Shown here: positions 1-13,912 of the stretch, in pieces
How positions within the stretch are numbered: position 1 is the stretch's first letter
Layout: every line of letters starts with the position of its first letter
Assembly (NCBI GenBank): GCA_964016885.1
Contig: OZ024762.1
Span: 11,408,001 to 11,472,000 of the forward strand
Length of the DNA stretch: 64,000 bases
Direction: 5' to 3'
From: Eledone cirrhosa
Taxonomy: Eukaryota
Made by a program: the position numbers and the translations under genes
Notes under the pieces: generated by a model
The model's database searches: none
Told to the model about the DNA's origin: nothing
Seen by the model: only the letters and a program-made list of their open reading frames with translations

Positions 1-164
1 TCTTCTATCATAGACTCAGACAGACCAATGTTCTTGGGGTAGATGGAAATAATACAGAAACCCTTTGTGTGATATATAACCCCTTGCATTTGACACCACT
101 GGTGGCAACTTTTGTTTATTTCACACATAAACAAAAGTCCCACAAGTTAACATGCCAAAATTGG

Positions 165-288
165 AACTTGTCATCAGGAAAGCTATCTGACTATAGAACT
201 TTGCCCTAAAGAGAGTTTGGACCAACCATTACTAGCATGGATAAATGGATGTAAAAAAAAACCAAAACAATGATGATGATGATGATAT
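165..288 (+). mobile_element. Decayed 3' end of an RTE-tailed retroposon with a (GAT)n tail
   Basis: ctagcatggataaatggatgtaaaa...tgatgatgatgatgat resembles the tails at 21215-21254 and 62200-62260. Confidence 0.45.
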
Positions 289-424
289 TGTCCTAAATTA
301 TGATATAAGCTAAAAGAAACCTTTAATAAACTTTAAGTCAATTTATATCAGTAAATAAACTAATATTTAGATAAAAAGGAATCTAGCAATAAGTGTTGCC
401 TGGTTTAACTCTTGATACTAAACT

Positions 425-1512
425 GTAGGGCTGAGACCCTGTCATTAAAACACCCAAGAAACCTAAGAGGCAACCTCATGGAAAGCTAGCCAAACCTATA
501 TAGATGTAAGCTGTAACAACATTGAGACCCATTATTAAGCACCCCAGAAACCTTCTATGAGATACAGCCTTGTGGGATGACACATGTAACTACATAGATG
601 TAAGCTCTAAATAACATTGAGGCCCCTATCATTAAAATACCCAAGAAACCTATAAGATATAACCTCATAGATCAGCTAAACATGTATAAGTGAGTCATAA
701 CAATTACATAATAGGACTTTAGCCCCTATCATTACAATACTTGAGTAACCTCCTGTGAGATCCAACCTCATAGGTCAGCTAAACATGTAGAGGTGTAAGC
801 TGTAACTACTACATGACAGAACCGGGACCCCTGTTATTAAAAGACCCAAGAAGCCTGAGAGGTAATCCCACAGGAGGCTAGCCAAACCTATATAGGTGTG
901 AGCTGCTGAAGCTCCAATCATTAAAACACCCAAGAAACAGCTTTGTGGGATGCCAGCTAAACCTTGCATAAGTGGAAACTGTAACAGCATTGAAGCCTCT
1001 ATAATTAAAACTCCCAAGAAACCCTCTGAGATGTAACATGATAGGACTGGAGCCCTCATCATTAAAACACAAGAAATCTATGAGATTCAACCTCATAGGA
1101 GGCCAATTAAACCTACATAGGCGTGAGCTGTAACAACATGATAGTACTGGGAGCCCTATCATTAAAATACTCAAGAAACCTCCTGTGAGATACAAGGTTG
1201 TATCTCGCAGGAGGTTCCTTGTGGAATACCAGCTAAACCTACACAAGGGTGAGCTGTAACATTGGTGACCCTATTATGAAAGCACCTGGGAAACCTTCTG
1301 AGATGCAACCACATAGGAGGCCAGCTAAACTTAAATATGGGTGAGCTGTAACAACATGAGGTCCCCATCATTAAGGCACCTGAGAAAGCTTCAGAGATGC
1401 AACCACATTGGAGGCCAACTAAACCTACATAGGTGTGAGCTGTCAAGAAACCTTCTATGAGATGCAACCTCGTAGGAGACCAGCTAAACCTACACAGAGC
1501 TGTAAGAACATC
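425..1512 (+). repeat. Degenerate tandem repeat, ~90-100 bp unit, about 12 copies
   Basis: Recurring ccctatcattaaaacacccaagaaacc...gagatgcaacctcataggaggccagctaaacctacataggtgtgagctgtaac; anchor motif near 444, 535, 631, 731, 836, 920, 1004, 1061, 1161, 1273 and 1370. Confidence 0.85.
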
Positions 1513-1517
1513 ATTAA

Positions 1518-1722
1518 CCCTTTAGCATTTACATTATTCTATAATAACTATTGTATTTCCACAGTAAAGGCTTCACCTCACATATCAAATCTATGATATT
1601 TTGATATTATTTATTTTGAGAACAATAACTTAACATCAGTATTAGAGGCCAGTTACAGCCGGTTATAAGAGAAAGAGGTGAGAGAATTCTGGCTGGACAT
1701 GGCCAGTTTAAATGCTAAAGGG
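1518..1722. mobile_element. piggyBac-type MITE (~205 bp) with TTAA target duplication
   Basis: TTAA|CCCTTTAGCATTTA...TAAATGCTAAAGGG|TTAA: 14 bp TIRs, CCCT/AGGG ends, TTAA at 1514-1517 and 1723-1726. Confidence 0.85.
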
Positions 1723-1959
1723 TTAAACTATTCATAGGAGTAAATATCATTAGAAATAATAATAGTGACAATAAAATGACTTTCGTTTTCCTGATTTTTG
1801 TAATTTAATTAATTAGAAAGATTTAAGAGAGTGATTACTTAATTAAGTGAAAACATATTGGTGAGAGATAACAAGCAATTCTTAATTACGGTAGATGTCC
1901 ATTAACAGGAATGAAACGGTTTATAGGAATATCAATTTGTTAGATAAGCTAGTGTCTCA

Positions 1960-2367
1960 GTAATGTAGTAGTGTAGTGGTAGAGTTGCTGTAACAGTGGT
2001 AGTTGTAATAGTGCTAGTAGTAGTAACAGTGGTAGTTGTAATAGTAATAGTGGTAGTAGTAGTAGTAGCAAGAGCTGTAGTAACAGTAGTAGTAGTAGCA
2101 GTAGTAGATTGTAATAGTAGCAGTAGTACTAATAGTAGTAACAGCAGTAGTAGTAATAATAGTGGTAATAATAGTAGCAATAGTAATAGCAGTGGTAGTA
2201 GTAGTAACAATAGTAATAGTAGCAATAGTAATATAGTAGTAGTAGTAACAGCTATAGTAATAGTGGTAGTAGTAACAGTAGTACTAATAGTAGTGGCAGT
2301 AGTAATAATAGTAGCAATAGTAGTAGTAGTAGTAGTAGTAGTAGTAGCAATAGTAGTAGTAGTAGTA
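1960..2367. repeat. Degenerate (GTA/TAG)n trinucleotide repeat
   Basis: About 400 bp of agt/agc/aat/ggt triplets in phase. Confidence 0.9.
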
Positions 2368-2539
2368 AATAAGTTGTTCTAGCAAGTCCAACAGTTGAAA
2401 AGATTGTCTGGTATTCCAGACACTTTCATTAATCTTTTAACTAACAATAATAATGATAATAATAATAATAATCATCATTTCTTTATTTGCCACAAAGGCA
2501 AATAATAATAATAAACACACTTCTTAAAAGATGTACAGT

Positions 2540-5387
2540 TTTTTTTTCTTTTTTTTTTTTTACAACGAAAATTGTATCAAATTTATATTTTTCCTCGCGT
2601 TTTTCATTTTTTTTTTTCTTTTGTGAATTCTAAAATGTTTTCCGATAATGGAAACATGTCTTCCACAGACTGGCAGAAATAAGTTATTCCATTGGAATAA
2701 AATCTTTATCATCAGTTAAAATAAACTGTGGTGGAGGGATGAAGAATGAAAAATGAAATTTTAATATTAAAAAAAAAAATATATAAAAGAATGAAGCTAT
2801 TTGTCAAATGATTATGCCGGATAAATATGAAGATTTGAAGGAAATGATTTGTAAAAATGACACCAGGGTATAGAAATAAATGTAACCCATCTGAGTGATG
2901 TGATGATTGTTAAAATATATATCCAGAGAATATATTCACAGAGGTAGCACAAACTGTAATGTTGGACACACTGTTACTGTTGTAGTTGATTATAAAAATA
3001 AAAAAAAAATAACATGTATTCTTCAATTTGATTTTCCAGGCATGAAAATATCCTCGTCGCAATGAAATAAATGATCTTGTTTGGGAATGGGTGTTTGTTA
3101 TGTTAAAATAGAACAGATCTTTGTGAATTCTTAGCTCCAATATCATCACAATTGCAAATTATTCCACACACTCTTCATGTAGATTCAGCTTTCATCTCAT
3201 CAAAGAGCTTGTAACTTATTAAATATATCTCAAAAATTGACGCTCATCATCAATATATTTTCCTGAATCAATTACAGTTGACAGCCCATCAGATGCAGTC
3301 TGCGTTGGTTTTATAGATAAAAGCTCTTTGGTTTTTTTGTTTTTTTTTTGGTTTTTTTTAAATCGCCATGAAACAGTTGGCAATTATTTGCAAGATTTTT
3401 ACTTAGAAACTTTCTTTGCAAAATATTTCAGTAATAAATCAGTAAAGGATTTTTTTACAAGGAAAATAAAAGAGAAAGCAGTATAATCCAAGATATACTT
3501 CATATATGTAACAGTGGGAACACACACACTGCTGTTTGGTTTATAGGCTTTCTGTCTTAACTTTGTTGTAATCACTTCTGGTTTAATAAACTGACATTGT
3601 TAAATGGAACAGATGATAGATCTCCATTGCTAGTGATGTTGGATATATGTACATGTACATACACATACATGTAGACACATCCAGACAAAACCATTTTTGC
3701 CATAATTAATGGCTAGTCCAGGGGGTTTTCTGTATTACTGGAAGGGGGGAAAGGCCAAAAACACACAAGTTATAAAAATATATATATCGATGTCACAGCC
3801 ATCATTTTTAAAATTATAAATTCTTTTAAATATAAAAGAATATTAATTTTTTTCCCTGAATATTGCACAATTAACTTTCTGTTAAAAGAATTTTTTTAGA
3901 AATTTTGTAGTAAACGTATGTAAATGTATATCGATATAGATCTACATATCTAGTAGATCTTTATATAAATTAAATATGAATACTTTGTGTAAATGTATAA
4001 TAGATGTAAATAAAATTTGCAGTATAAAAAATAGATTCAATTTTGAAGCATTATAAAAATAAACCCGAAATATAGCAGATCTCTTTTTTTCTTTTTTTTT
4101 TTTTGTGTTTTTTTTTGTTAAATAGGAGGTGATAGTGTTGCAATCCAGTGATGTGATAGAAGATGAAGTTGGTTGTCAACATAGGCTTCGGATTTGTAGC
4201 AATAAAATCCAGTGGCATTGATATGGAACTGGAAGGGACCACTGAAGTAGTAACAAGGGCCAAGGGATAGGGGACAGAAACACAACTCATTTTAGGGTAG
4301 TCAACAGACTTTTAAAATATATTAAAAAAAAATTTTTTTTTTTTTTAAATGCCAAGTAGATCCAGTGAAATAACAAGTATGTAAACTCCCTGAAATACAC
4401 AGACAAGGGTTGCAAATAATACATCCATCGAAACATGGCTCTTATCATGTCACATAGCAGCAAATGGAGACAACATTCCAATTATATGGCACTAAAGTAG
4501 ATTTCCAATTCCATGAACATTTCAACATTTCTGCAGCATTGGTAAAACTTGATTCAAACGGAAAGCCGCCAAAAAGAATTAAAAAAAATAAATAAAGTTG
4601 AATTCTTTTCAAATTCATGCTTCCTTTTACACATAAGTAGAATGTGAGGGAATTTCCAAAATGCTTCAGGAACAAAGCATAAATATACCAAAAGTGGCAA
4701 AACCAATTCCGTTGATGAAAAGAAAACCAAACATAAGAAACTTTGGAATGAGGGTGGACACTGAAGATGTTAAGTCTTCTGCTTCCAGTTTATTGCAGAG
4801 AAGAAATCAGTAGTTTTGCCAATTGGCAACAATATTTAGAAATTTTCCATTTCATATATCACTTTTCCTTTAATTTCATATTTGCAGGGTTTTGTAAAAC
4901 ACATCCTAGAGTGGAAAATATGATCTTTGATATATTAAGAAGTGCAGCAAATAGGCAGGAAGGGACAGGGAGATGATTCAACGCATTAGAAATTTCAGCA
5001 CACAGAAATTTGCACAAGTTTATTCGTCACTATATGTTTAATAAAGATACAAGTTAGTCTGAGAAGATGCGATCAACAGAAGAAGGCACCACCTGCAACA
5101 CTAGGCAGCTCCCAACATAAGGAAGAGAAAGACAGACACAATATCCACAGCTAGTTTTAGCAGCAGCAATGTAGTGTAAACACAAGGCCCCGATAAAGGA
5201 AGTGAACACTCAAACAATGGCACACTTAACGTGCCACATATGGCACACCAGAAACAATCTCCGTACAAGCTGGTCTGGAAAGCGAGAATGGTGAAATAAG
5301 TTTGGTACTCCAGGAGTCTTCTTCTTTACGCCTCTCTGTTCAGGTAGTTAAAGGGATTAAAAGTTAAAAGAAAGAATTTAAACACAC
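2540..5387 (-). other. Putative long non-coding terminal exon (3' UTR) of RBM15
   Basis: About 2.8 kb of unique-looking, TE-free AT-rich sequence with homopolymer runs, starting exactly at a minus-strand splice acceptor. No credible ORF; the 3' end is uncertain. Confidence 0.4.
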
Positions 5388-5428
5388 CTAGAAATAAATT
5401 ATATACTATATACAGTAATTATATATAC

Positions 5429-5473
<45 letters not shown>

Positions 5474-5976
5474 CAAGATGTATAATTATATATGAATATA
5501 TATAATAATTATATATAGAGATATAATAATTATATATATAATATATATATATATTGAAAAAATATGAAATCTCACATACAAATACCAAATATGTACATAA
5601 TATACATATGTAGATATATACAATTGCAACCATTGTAGATATAATAAAGTATTTTAATATACACACACACACACACATCCCTATATGTGTATAAAGATTT
5701 ACACAGGAACATGCTTTTAATATATATATACATACATACACACACAGGTATATATATATGCGTGGGTATGTATATATATATAAAATATCATCATTAACAT
5801 ACAACTTCCTTCATCATCATCATGGTCATCACCACTACCATCAACACATTACTTCTATTTTCCATGGTTTACATGGGCTGTCACATTATGAGGCTACACG
5901 GGTCAGAGTATTTGTGACCTGCTCATAAGTTCCATTTTGGGCATGCTTGCTACGGCTGAGTACCCTCCCTAACACC

Positions 5977-6009
<33 letters not shown>

Positions 6010-6454
6010 TATTTATTACACTAACATTACAAAATGGCTGGACACATAATTTGGCAACAATGAAACACTGGTCTCCAGCAAACTGCATTTGTTAATGTAA
6101 TAAATAAATAACTCTTTCTTCAGACTGAGTACCAACTTTGGATATATATATTAAGAAATTAGGATACATCATATACAAAATCATTATTCATTGTTTTATG
6201 TCTAATGTCCATAAGCTCGCATACGTTTAACTAAACCTTTTAAGGCAATTTTTCTACAACCAGATGCCCTTATTGATGCCAATATAGGCTTCATTTTAAA
6301 GTATGTTATATTCTGCTAGCCTCCATCAAACTGCAAATCTTCACCACTCGCTTTCAACAGTGATATGAAGATACCTGTGGTAAGTGACACACAAACACAC
6401 CTATATATAATGGACTTCTATTTAGTTTACTTCTGTCAAACTCATTCAGAAGGC

Positions 6455-6580
6455 ATAGGGGGTTATCCTGAGGCTTTAGGGGGTTGCCCTGAGGCTATAG
6501 CAGGTTGCCCTGAGGCTATAGCGGGTTGCCCTGAGGCTATAGGGGGTTGCCCTGAGGCGATAGGGGGTTGCTCTGAGGCT
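6455..6580 (+). repeat. 21 bp minisatellite x6 expanded inside a decayed SINE (about 6390-6660, minus strand)
   Basis: Six units of atagggggttgccctgaggct. The flanks (gagacatttgctcatgcagtggggccaaacctggaaac...cttcttaaccac) look like a reversed tRNA-derived SINE. Confidence 0.8.
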
Positions 6581-6885
6581 ATACTGGGAGACATTTGCTC
6601 ATGCAGTGGGGCCAAACCTGGAAACAGATAGTTGCAAAAAGGCCTTCTTAACCACTCAAACATGATGATGATGATATATATATATACATACACACATACG
6701 TGTGCATATATGCATACATATGCATATATATAGACATAACTACATAAACACAGAGCAACTACAATGCAGCCAGTGATGTTGAAGTCAGAATTTCATATAA
6801 TAATGTAAAAAAAAAAACAATAGCCAGAAAAGGTACTAAGGAGCATGTGTGTGATTATATGTATATGTATGTGTGTATATATATG

Positions 6886-6916
<31 letters not shown>

Positions 6917-6919
6917 GTA

Positions 6920-7019
6920 TAGGGTGGCCCCAAAAAATGTATACACACTTTGATTGCCTGTACAGGCAATATGTACTAAAATGCTGTTAAAATATGCACA
7001 CATTTTTAGGGACACCTTA
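6920..7019. mobile_element. Small Tc1/mariner-type MITE in a TA tract
   Basis: Imperfect TIRs tagggtggccccaaaaaatgtatacac / gcacacatttttagggacacctta; internal palindrome attgcctgtacaggcaat. Confidence 0.5.
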
Positions 7020-7106
7020 TGTGAGTATATATATATATATATAACCCCAACCACAGCCCTAAGCGGTTTTAGATATATATATACTCACACATACATACTG
7101 CCAATT

Positions 7107-7109
<3 letters not shown>

Positions 7110-7169
<60 letters not shown>

Positions 7170-7287
7170 TTTATATATATATAAATATTTATATTTATTT
7201 ATATATATATATATTTATATATATATATATATATATAAATATTTATATATATATAAATATATATATTTATTTATATATATATATATT

Positions 7288-7318
<31 letters not shown>

Positions 7319-7456
7319 ATATTTATATATATATAAATATTTATATATATATAAATATTTATATATATATAAATATTTATATATATATAAATATTTATAT
7401 ATATATAAATATTTATATATATATATTTATATATATATAAATATTTATATATATAT

Positions 7457-7495
<39 letters not shown>

Positions 7496-7525
7496 AATAT
7501 TTATATATATATATATATATATAAA

Positions 7526-7579
<54 letters not shown>

Positions 7580-7592
7580 TAGATAGATAGAT
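7110..7592. repeat. Interrupted (TA)n microsatellite
   Basis: (TA)n with periodic aaatattt interruptions. Confidence 0.95.
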
Positions 7593-8577
7593 ATAAATAC
7601 ACACACATACTGCCAAGTATATATATATGGTTGGATGAAGCAACATAAACAACAGCAACAAGAACATATTGACTATCAGTAGATGCTGGGGGTTTACTAG
7701 AACTAATTAATTAGTGAGTTTAATCTAATTACACTTTAACAATGCAGTTCCTTTCAAGGTTGCAATATATATGGGACATGTGGTAAATTAATATCTAAAA
7801 TAAAGGAACATCTCTGACATCAGCTAATTAAGTTAACTTTTTTTTATATTTCTATGTTATTATTATGATATACATGAGTTTGATACTGTTATCTTAGCCC
7901 TTTCTGATACCAAACTCCCTGAAACTGCCCCTGGTTCTATGAAAGAAGACTGTTTATTAATTCCAAAGTGTTTATATTTATCTAACAACTTACTTAATTT
8001 CTTACAGAATTCTATGTATGAACCTTTCTCAAGTTATGTTCCCAAACCCCTCTTAATAAAAGGCCTTGCAATCACAGGTACAAATCACACCCACCTCTAG
8101 CTGACTGCACTTAAGTCTCTTGTTGAAGGGTACAACACAACTACCTCTTTGAAACGCCAAGTACTTCCATCAAAGGTAGGATGGATACAAACTGATTCTC
8201 ACACAGGGGAAGCAATATCGCCTGTGTGCGTGTGTGTGTACCCAGTTCAGAAGAAACACAGTATCCCTGTGTCTCGTAAGAGGTGACAAAAGAGGGGTAA
8301 GTACCAGGAAGGGCATCCAACTGTAAACCCTTGCCATAATGTATGAAGCATGCCATGAAGCCTATAAGGCTTTAGCAGGGATAAATGGCCTTAAAAGACT
8401 TCTTACTATTGAGGAGTAAAGTAAACTTTCTATCTGTTATCAAAGAATATTAAAAAAAAAATGGAAAAACAAAATACAAAAATAAAAATTAGTAATTTTG
8501 TAATCTACCAAGACAGTCTTACCCTCTCTAACAATCTCACCAATATCTAATAGTCAAATAGAAACAAAACACAGAGT

Positions 8578-9315
8578 ATATATATATATTATACATATAT
8601 ATATATTACACATATATATACATTATATATATATATAATGTGTAATATATATATATGTATAATATATATATATATATATATAATGTATATATAGGTGTAA
8701 TATATATATATGTATAATATATATATATATATATAATGTATATATATATATATAATGTATATATATATATATAATGTATATATATATATATATATATATA
8801 ATGTATATATATATATATATATATATATAATGTATATATAGGTGTAATATATATATATATGTATAATATATATATATATATAATGTATATATGTGTAATA
8901 TATATATATGTATAATGTATATATGTGTAATATATATATATGTATAATATATATATATATAATGTATATATATGTGTAATATATATATGTATAATATATA
9001 TATATATATAATGTATATATATGTGTAATATATATATGTATAATATATATATATATATAATGTATATATATGTGTAATATATATATATATGTATAATATA
9101 TATATATATAATATATATATATACACATATATTATGCATATATATATATTACACATATATATATACATTATGTATATATATATATTACACATATATATAC
9201 ATTATATATATTATATATATATTATATATATATACATATATATATATATGTCACATATATACATTGTATATTATACATATATATACATATATATGTTATA
9301 TATATATATATATTA
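8578..9315. repeat. Compound (TA)n satellite with ~40 bp superperiod
   Basis: Recurring tataatgtatatatatgtgtaatatatatatgtataat. Confidence 0.95.
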
Positions 9316-9494
9316 AAAAAACAACATTTATCTTGGTCACCAGAGCATTTTCTTGCCAGCAATGATGCTCATATGATTTCTTCAAATAGAAAATAAATAA
9401 AATATTTTTAGCTCTAAAATAAAATGTTTTTTTTTGTTCAATAATACTCTTTGTTTTTATTTGTTTATTGTTTCTTTTTAAAACTCAATTGTCC

Positions 9495-9532
9495 TATATA
9501 TATATGTTTGTATCTATATATAAATATATGTG

Positions 9533-9573
<41 letters not shown>

Positions 9574-9665
9574 AAATATATATATGTATAAATATATATA
9601 TATATATATGTATAAATATATATATATATATATGTATAAATATATATATATATATATGTATAAAT

Positions 9666-9739
<74 letters not shown>

Positions 9740-9747
9740 GTATAAAT

Positions 9748-9779
<32 letters not shown>

Positions 9780-9787
9780 GTATAAAT

Positions 9788-9819
<32 letters not shown>

Positions 9820-9987
9820 GTATAAATATATATATATATGTATAAATATATATATATATGTATAAATATATATATATATAAATAAATATATATATATATA
9901 AATATATATATATATAAATAAATATATATATAAATAAATATATATATATATAAATATATATATATATAAATATATATATATATAAAT

Positions 9988-10057
<70 letters not shown>

Positions 10058-10162
10058 AAATATATATGTATAAATATATATATATAAATATATATATATA
10101 TGTATAAATATATATATATATGTATAAATATATATATATATGTATAAATATATATATATATG

Positions 10163-10204
<42 letters not shown>

Positions 10205-10254
10205 TATATATATATAAATATATATATATAAATATATATATATATGTATGTATA

Positions 10255-10287
<33 letters not shown>

Positions 10288-10345
10288 ATTTATAAATATA
10301 TATATGTATGTATGTATGTATATATGTGTGTGTAAATTTATATAA
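9495..10345. repeat. Interrupted (TA)n microsatellite
   Basis: (TA)n punctuated by tgtataaa/taaa; this is the source of the spurious 301 aa IY-rich ORF. Confidence 0.95.
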
Positions 10346-10704
10346 AGATTTTGCAGTTCCCACCAAGTGACACCAAGTCACGGCCATTTTTAACTGCAAA
10401 ATTCTGACAATTTAAGTAAATGTACAAGAATAGTGGCTTTGTCTTGCCCTCCCTCTTGTTTTTCTGTGAATTAATGATTTTTGTCGATACAAACAAAATC
10501 AAAACTAGGCACCCCATCTTTTAACTTAGCAGCCATTATTTGTTTTCCTAGCAAAATGAAAATTGAAATAAAAATAAAAATAAACCTCCTAAAAAGACTA
10601 GCATTTTCTTGGGTATTATAACTTTAACTCTTTTAAATGTAACATTTTTTTAACCAAGATAAAAGCCAGTTCTTGAACAAAAAGAAAATATGTTGATTGA
10701 TTGG

Positions 10705-10731
10705 TATGTATGTTGTGTTTGCACGAATGAT

Positions 10732-10796
<65 letters not shown>

Positions 10797-10857
10797 TTTA
10801 CATGTACGCATATGTATGTTGTGTTGCACGAATGATTATATATAATATATATATATA

Positions 10858-10889
<32 letters not shown>

Positions 10890-10990
10890 TTTACATGTAT
10901 GCATATGTATGCTGTGTTGCACGAATGATTATATATATATATATGTAATTGTTTTACATGTATGCATATGTATGTTGTGTTGCATGAATG

Positions 10991-11064
<74 letters not shown>

Positions 11065-11079
11065 ACATGTATGTTATGT

Positions 11080-11117
<38 letters not shown>

Positions 11118-11160
11118 TGTGTGTGTGTGTGTTTTACATGTATGCATATGTATGTATATA
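10705..11160 (+). repeat. Microsatellite-spaced tandem repeat, about 5 copies
   Basis: Core gttttacatgtatgcatatgtatgttgtgttgcacgaatgatta separated by (TA)n(TG)n of variable length. Confidence 0.85.
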
Positions 11161-11389
11161 GGGGTGGAATACTTGCTGTAGGTCCTGAACAATCCTGAAG
11201 ATCGGCAGGAACAAGGGGACTATATGTACATGTATGCCATCAGGTTAGTATTTCAGTGGTGCCTACAAGAGAAAATAAACGTATAAGAGTAAAATGATGT
11301 TTTATTGCTAATTGTTAAGAATTAACTTACATGGCTGTCAGAGAGAGAATACATGGGAGATAATTCACATCACAACACAGTAGTAATTT

Positions 11390-11580
11390 TGATTTCTAAT
11401 TTAGACACATGGCCAGTAAATTGGGAGGCGGGGGGACTGATTATATCCACCCAATACTTAACTGATATTTTATTTTATCAACCCCAGAAGGATGAAAAGG
11501 CAAAGTTGATTGGCCAGGATTTGAACTCAGAACAATGAAAAAAATAACTAAATATAAAGTATTCTGTCCAACACTCTACC
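11390..11580 (-). mobile_element. Old, diverged tRNA-derived SINE
   Basis: ttttatcaaccccagaaggatgaaaaggcaaagttg...ggatttgaactcagaac matches the younger SINEs at 54217 and 62660. Confidence 0.7.
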
Positions 11581-11588
11581 AGTACAAC

Positions 11589-11712
11589 CAGTGCTGGATT
11601 TAGGACAAATGAGACCCTGTGCTAGTTAAGTTATGAGGCCTCTTACTTGGGTCCTGGCCAACAGAGCCCTGTGCTTTAAGCACACCTAAACACAACAGTA
11701 AATCTGGTACTA
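11589..11712. mobile_element. hAT-type MITE (124 bp) with 8 bp TSD
   Basis: Direct repeat AGTACAAC at 11581-11588 and 11713-11720; imperfect TIRs cagtgctggattta / taaatctggtacta. Confidence 0.75.
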
Positions 11713-11939
11713 AGTACAACCATAAACCATGTTGTCACTGGAAGCAATTATGTAGAAAACAGAATGAATGTCTGTATGGTATTTATCCCTTTTTTTCAAT
11801 GGTGTAAATGAAGTGAATTTACTTCAAACAGAACTTCAGTTTCCCCATAAAGCTAACTGTTGTAGAATAAGCAATGATAGATGACAGAGGTGTCTCAACC
11901 ACAAATTAGTAAAACGTTATCTTTGATAAAACCTACAAC

Positions 11940-12241
11940 TACTGAGGTGTTGAAAAGTCCCTGGTTTAACCCTTTAGCATTTAAACCAGTCGTATCGAGC
12001 CAGAATTCTCTCACCTCTTTCTGTTCAAACTGGCTTCTCATACTTATGTTAAGGTGTTTTCTCAAAATAAATAATATAGAGTAATGTAAATGCTAAAGAG
12101 TAGAGCTGTTACCTTTACAGGGGAGGTAGGACCGCTGCAATAAGTGTGTGAATCTGAGAGGGGAATATGTTGAGTAAAATCATAACTGATCCACCTGTAT
12201 TTTCTTTTACCCAAAGCCGGGAACCTTTCAGCACACCGGTA
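11940..12241. mobile_element. mariner-type MITE with a nested piggyBac-type MITE (about 11970-12100)
   Basis: TA-flanked TIRs tactgaggtgttgaaaagtccctggttt / aaagccgggaacctttcagcacaccggta. Inside is ttaa|ccctttagcatttaaacc...taaatgctaaagag, the same family as 1518-1722. Confidence 0.6.
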
Positions 12242-12529
12242 TTACAAATGAAGCTATGTTATGGTGCAGTAGGAGCTGTTGTAATGACAACCAGCAGAAC
12301 TAATTACAAAAAGATACTGTTTAAATCAAGAATTCTCATAGTAATCCATATATACAACTCCCCCCCACCTAGTGGTGAATAAAAGTTTAGGTGTCCACAG
12401 GGCTGAACTTACTAGTTTGCATTTATTAACCTCTTCATAAATCGTTGGACCATGTAGGCTAGCTGCTAGATATGTACATCAAACATAAAAGGTGAGTTTG
12501 CATTTATAGTTTACTGATACAACAAACAA

Positions 12530-12970
12530 TTTATTAATAATGAGAAAGTTATCTTTCTAAATGTCTTTAAATTCTTGATTATTTTCAAAATTATTTGAAA
12601 ATCAAAGTGTCTTTCATTAGAAATATAGTAATGAGAGGGTTATCTAAACCTATTGTAATTTTATGTAAGAACTTTGATATTTGATGTTCCAAACACCAGC
12701 TTAATAACGAGAAAGTTAATCATATTACTAAATCCCTCCAAATTCTTGGTTTATCTTCAAAATTATTTGAAAATCATGAGTGTCCTTCATTAGATATGAG
12801 AGGGTTATCTAAACCCATTATAATTATCTGAGAATTTTTATATGTAATGTTTCAAACACCAGCTTACTAAACCCCCCCCCCCCCCCCCCCGCCCTCGAGT
12901 TCTCTATTTTCAAAATTATTTGAAAATCACAAACTGTCTTTCATTAGAAATATGGTAAGGAAAGGGTTAA
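12530..12970 (+). repeat. Three degenerate tandem copies (~160-170 bp) of a MITE-end-like sequence
   Basis: ttcaaaattatttgaaaatca...ttcattag...agggtta repeated near 12585, 12756 and 12909; the last copy ends AAAGGG|TTAA. Confidence 0.65.
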
Positions 12971-13697
12971 GAGTAACCCAAACTATAGAATGAGAATACT
13001 ACTTACCTGAAGAGAAAACTTGACAGTCCCATTCTGACTTTAGAAATATCTGTCCATTCTAGCAATGCAGCTGGACATTAGCTTGGTCATGATGATGTTG
13101 GTGGTGGTCGATGTTGTAGGTGTGTTGTAAACTTGCTCTTTCTTATTTAGTCCTTCTTTTTCTGAGTCTTTCACAGTTTTAACAATGAGGTAGAACTGCT
13201 AGAGTTGTGTGTTTGTGTGTGGGGAAAATTAATAGTTCAGTTTCCACTCTTCATGATGGTTTGGCTTTCTCTTTTGGCATATATATATATATATACATAT
13301 ATAGATATACTTATTGTTTTGTGATTTATCATTTGATATGATTCAATGTAAAGTGATCAAATGTCTTCATTATTATCATTTTTTTTTTCAAGGAACCAAA
13401 CAGACATGGTTCCTTTTAAATTGGAAATTCTTTTGTTTATGTTTTTATTTTCTATTTTTATTTGGCACCAAAGTGTTCTGTGGCAGAATTCCATTAAAAT
13501 GTTCGTTATTATCTCCATTATTATAAAAACAATTGTAAAAACTAAATTGGCAGTAAAAACATTTCACTTTTTGCTTAATAAACTCAACATGTTTCTTTAA
13601 GAAAAACAAAATTCATAATAATCTTGAGATTTTTTTAGGTGGGCGGGGGTAACCATTAGATTACAAAAATATAATCAAACTTCCAAATTTGGAAGTC

Positions 13698-13728
<31 letters not shown>

Positions 13729-13912
13729 TACATCAACAAACAGAAAATTGATAATTCTAATGGGGACTTTTTATAGTTGTGAGGGAAAAAAAAAAAAGTG
13801 AGACCTTTGTGTATGTAATTTTTTTTTTTTCTTTTTTTGAGGGGGGTTTGTTTTTCTACATCTTGATGATGTTTATTAAGATACTTGTGTATGAGGATGG
13901 GATCATATATGT

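Larger units (their letters stand above)
5388..13006 (-). other. Putative intron in the RBM15 3' UTR
   Basis: Consensus donor CAG|GTAAGT at 13007/13006 and acceptor ATTTATTTCTAG|G at 5388/5387. The interval is full of microsatellites and TEs, while both sides are largely repeat-free. Confidence 0.5.

Noticed and set aside
1932-2382. Poly-Leu/Thr/Val/Ser ORFs on both strands
   Set aside because: Products of a degenerate trinucleotide repeat; no unique coding flank.
6365-6693. ORFs with GCPEAIG / PPIASGQ heptad repeats
   Set aside because: A 21 bp minisatellite inside a decayed SINE; open on both strands simply because the unit has no stop in those frames.
8589-10399. Long IY/YI-rich ORFs (also near 18.4, 53 and 63.2 kb)
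   Set aside because: Translations of (TA)n microsatellites.
11190-13020. Other CTGAAGA motifs (about 11195 and 13008) as hammerheads
   Set aside because: No properly spaced stem II + GAAA + stem III; the second is the reverse strand of a splice donor.
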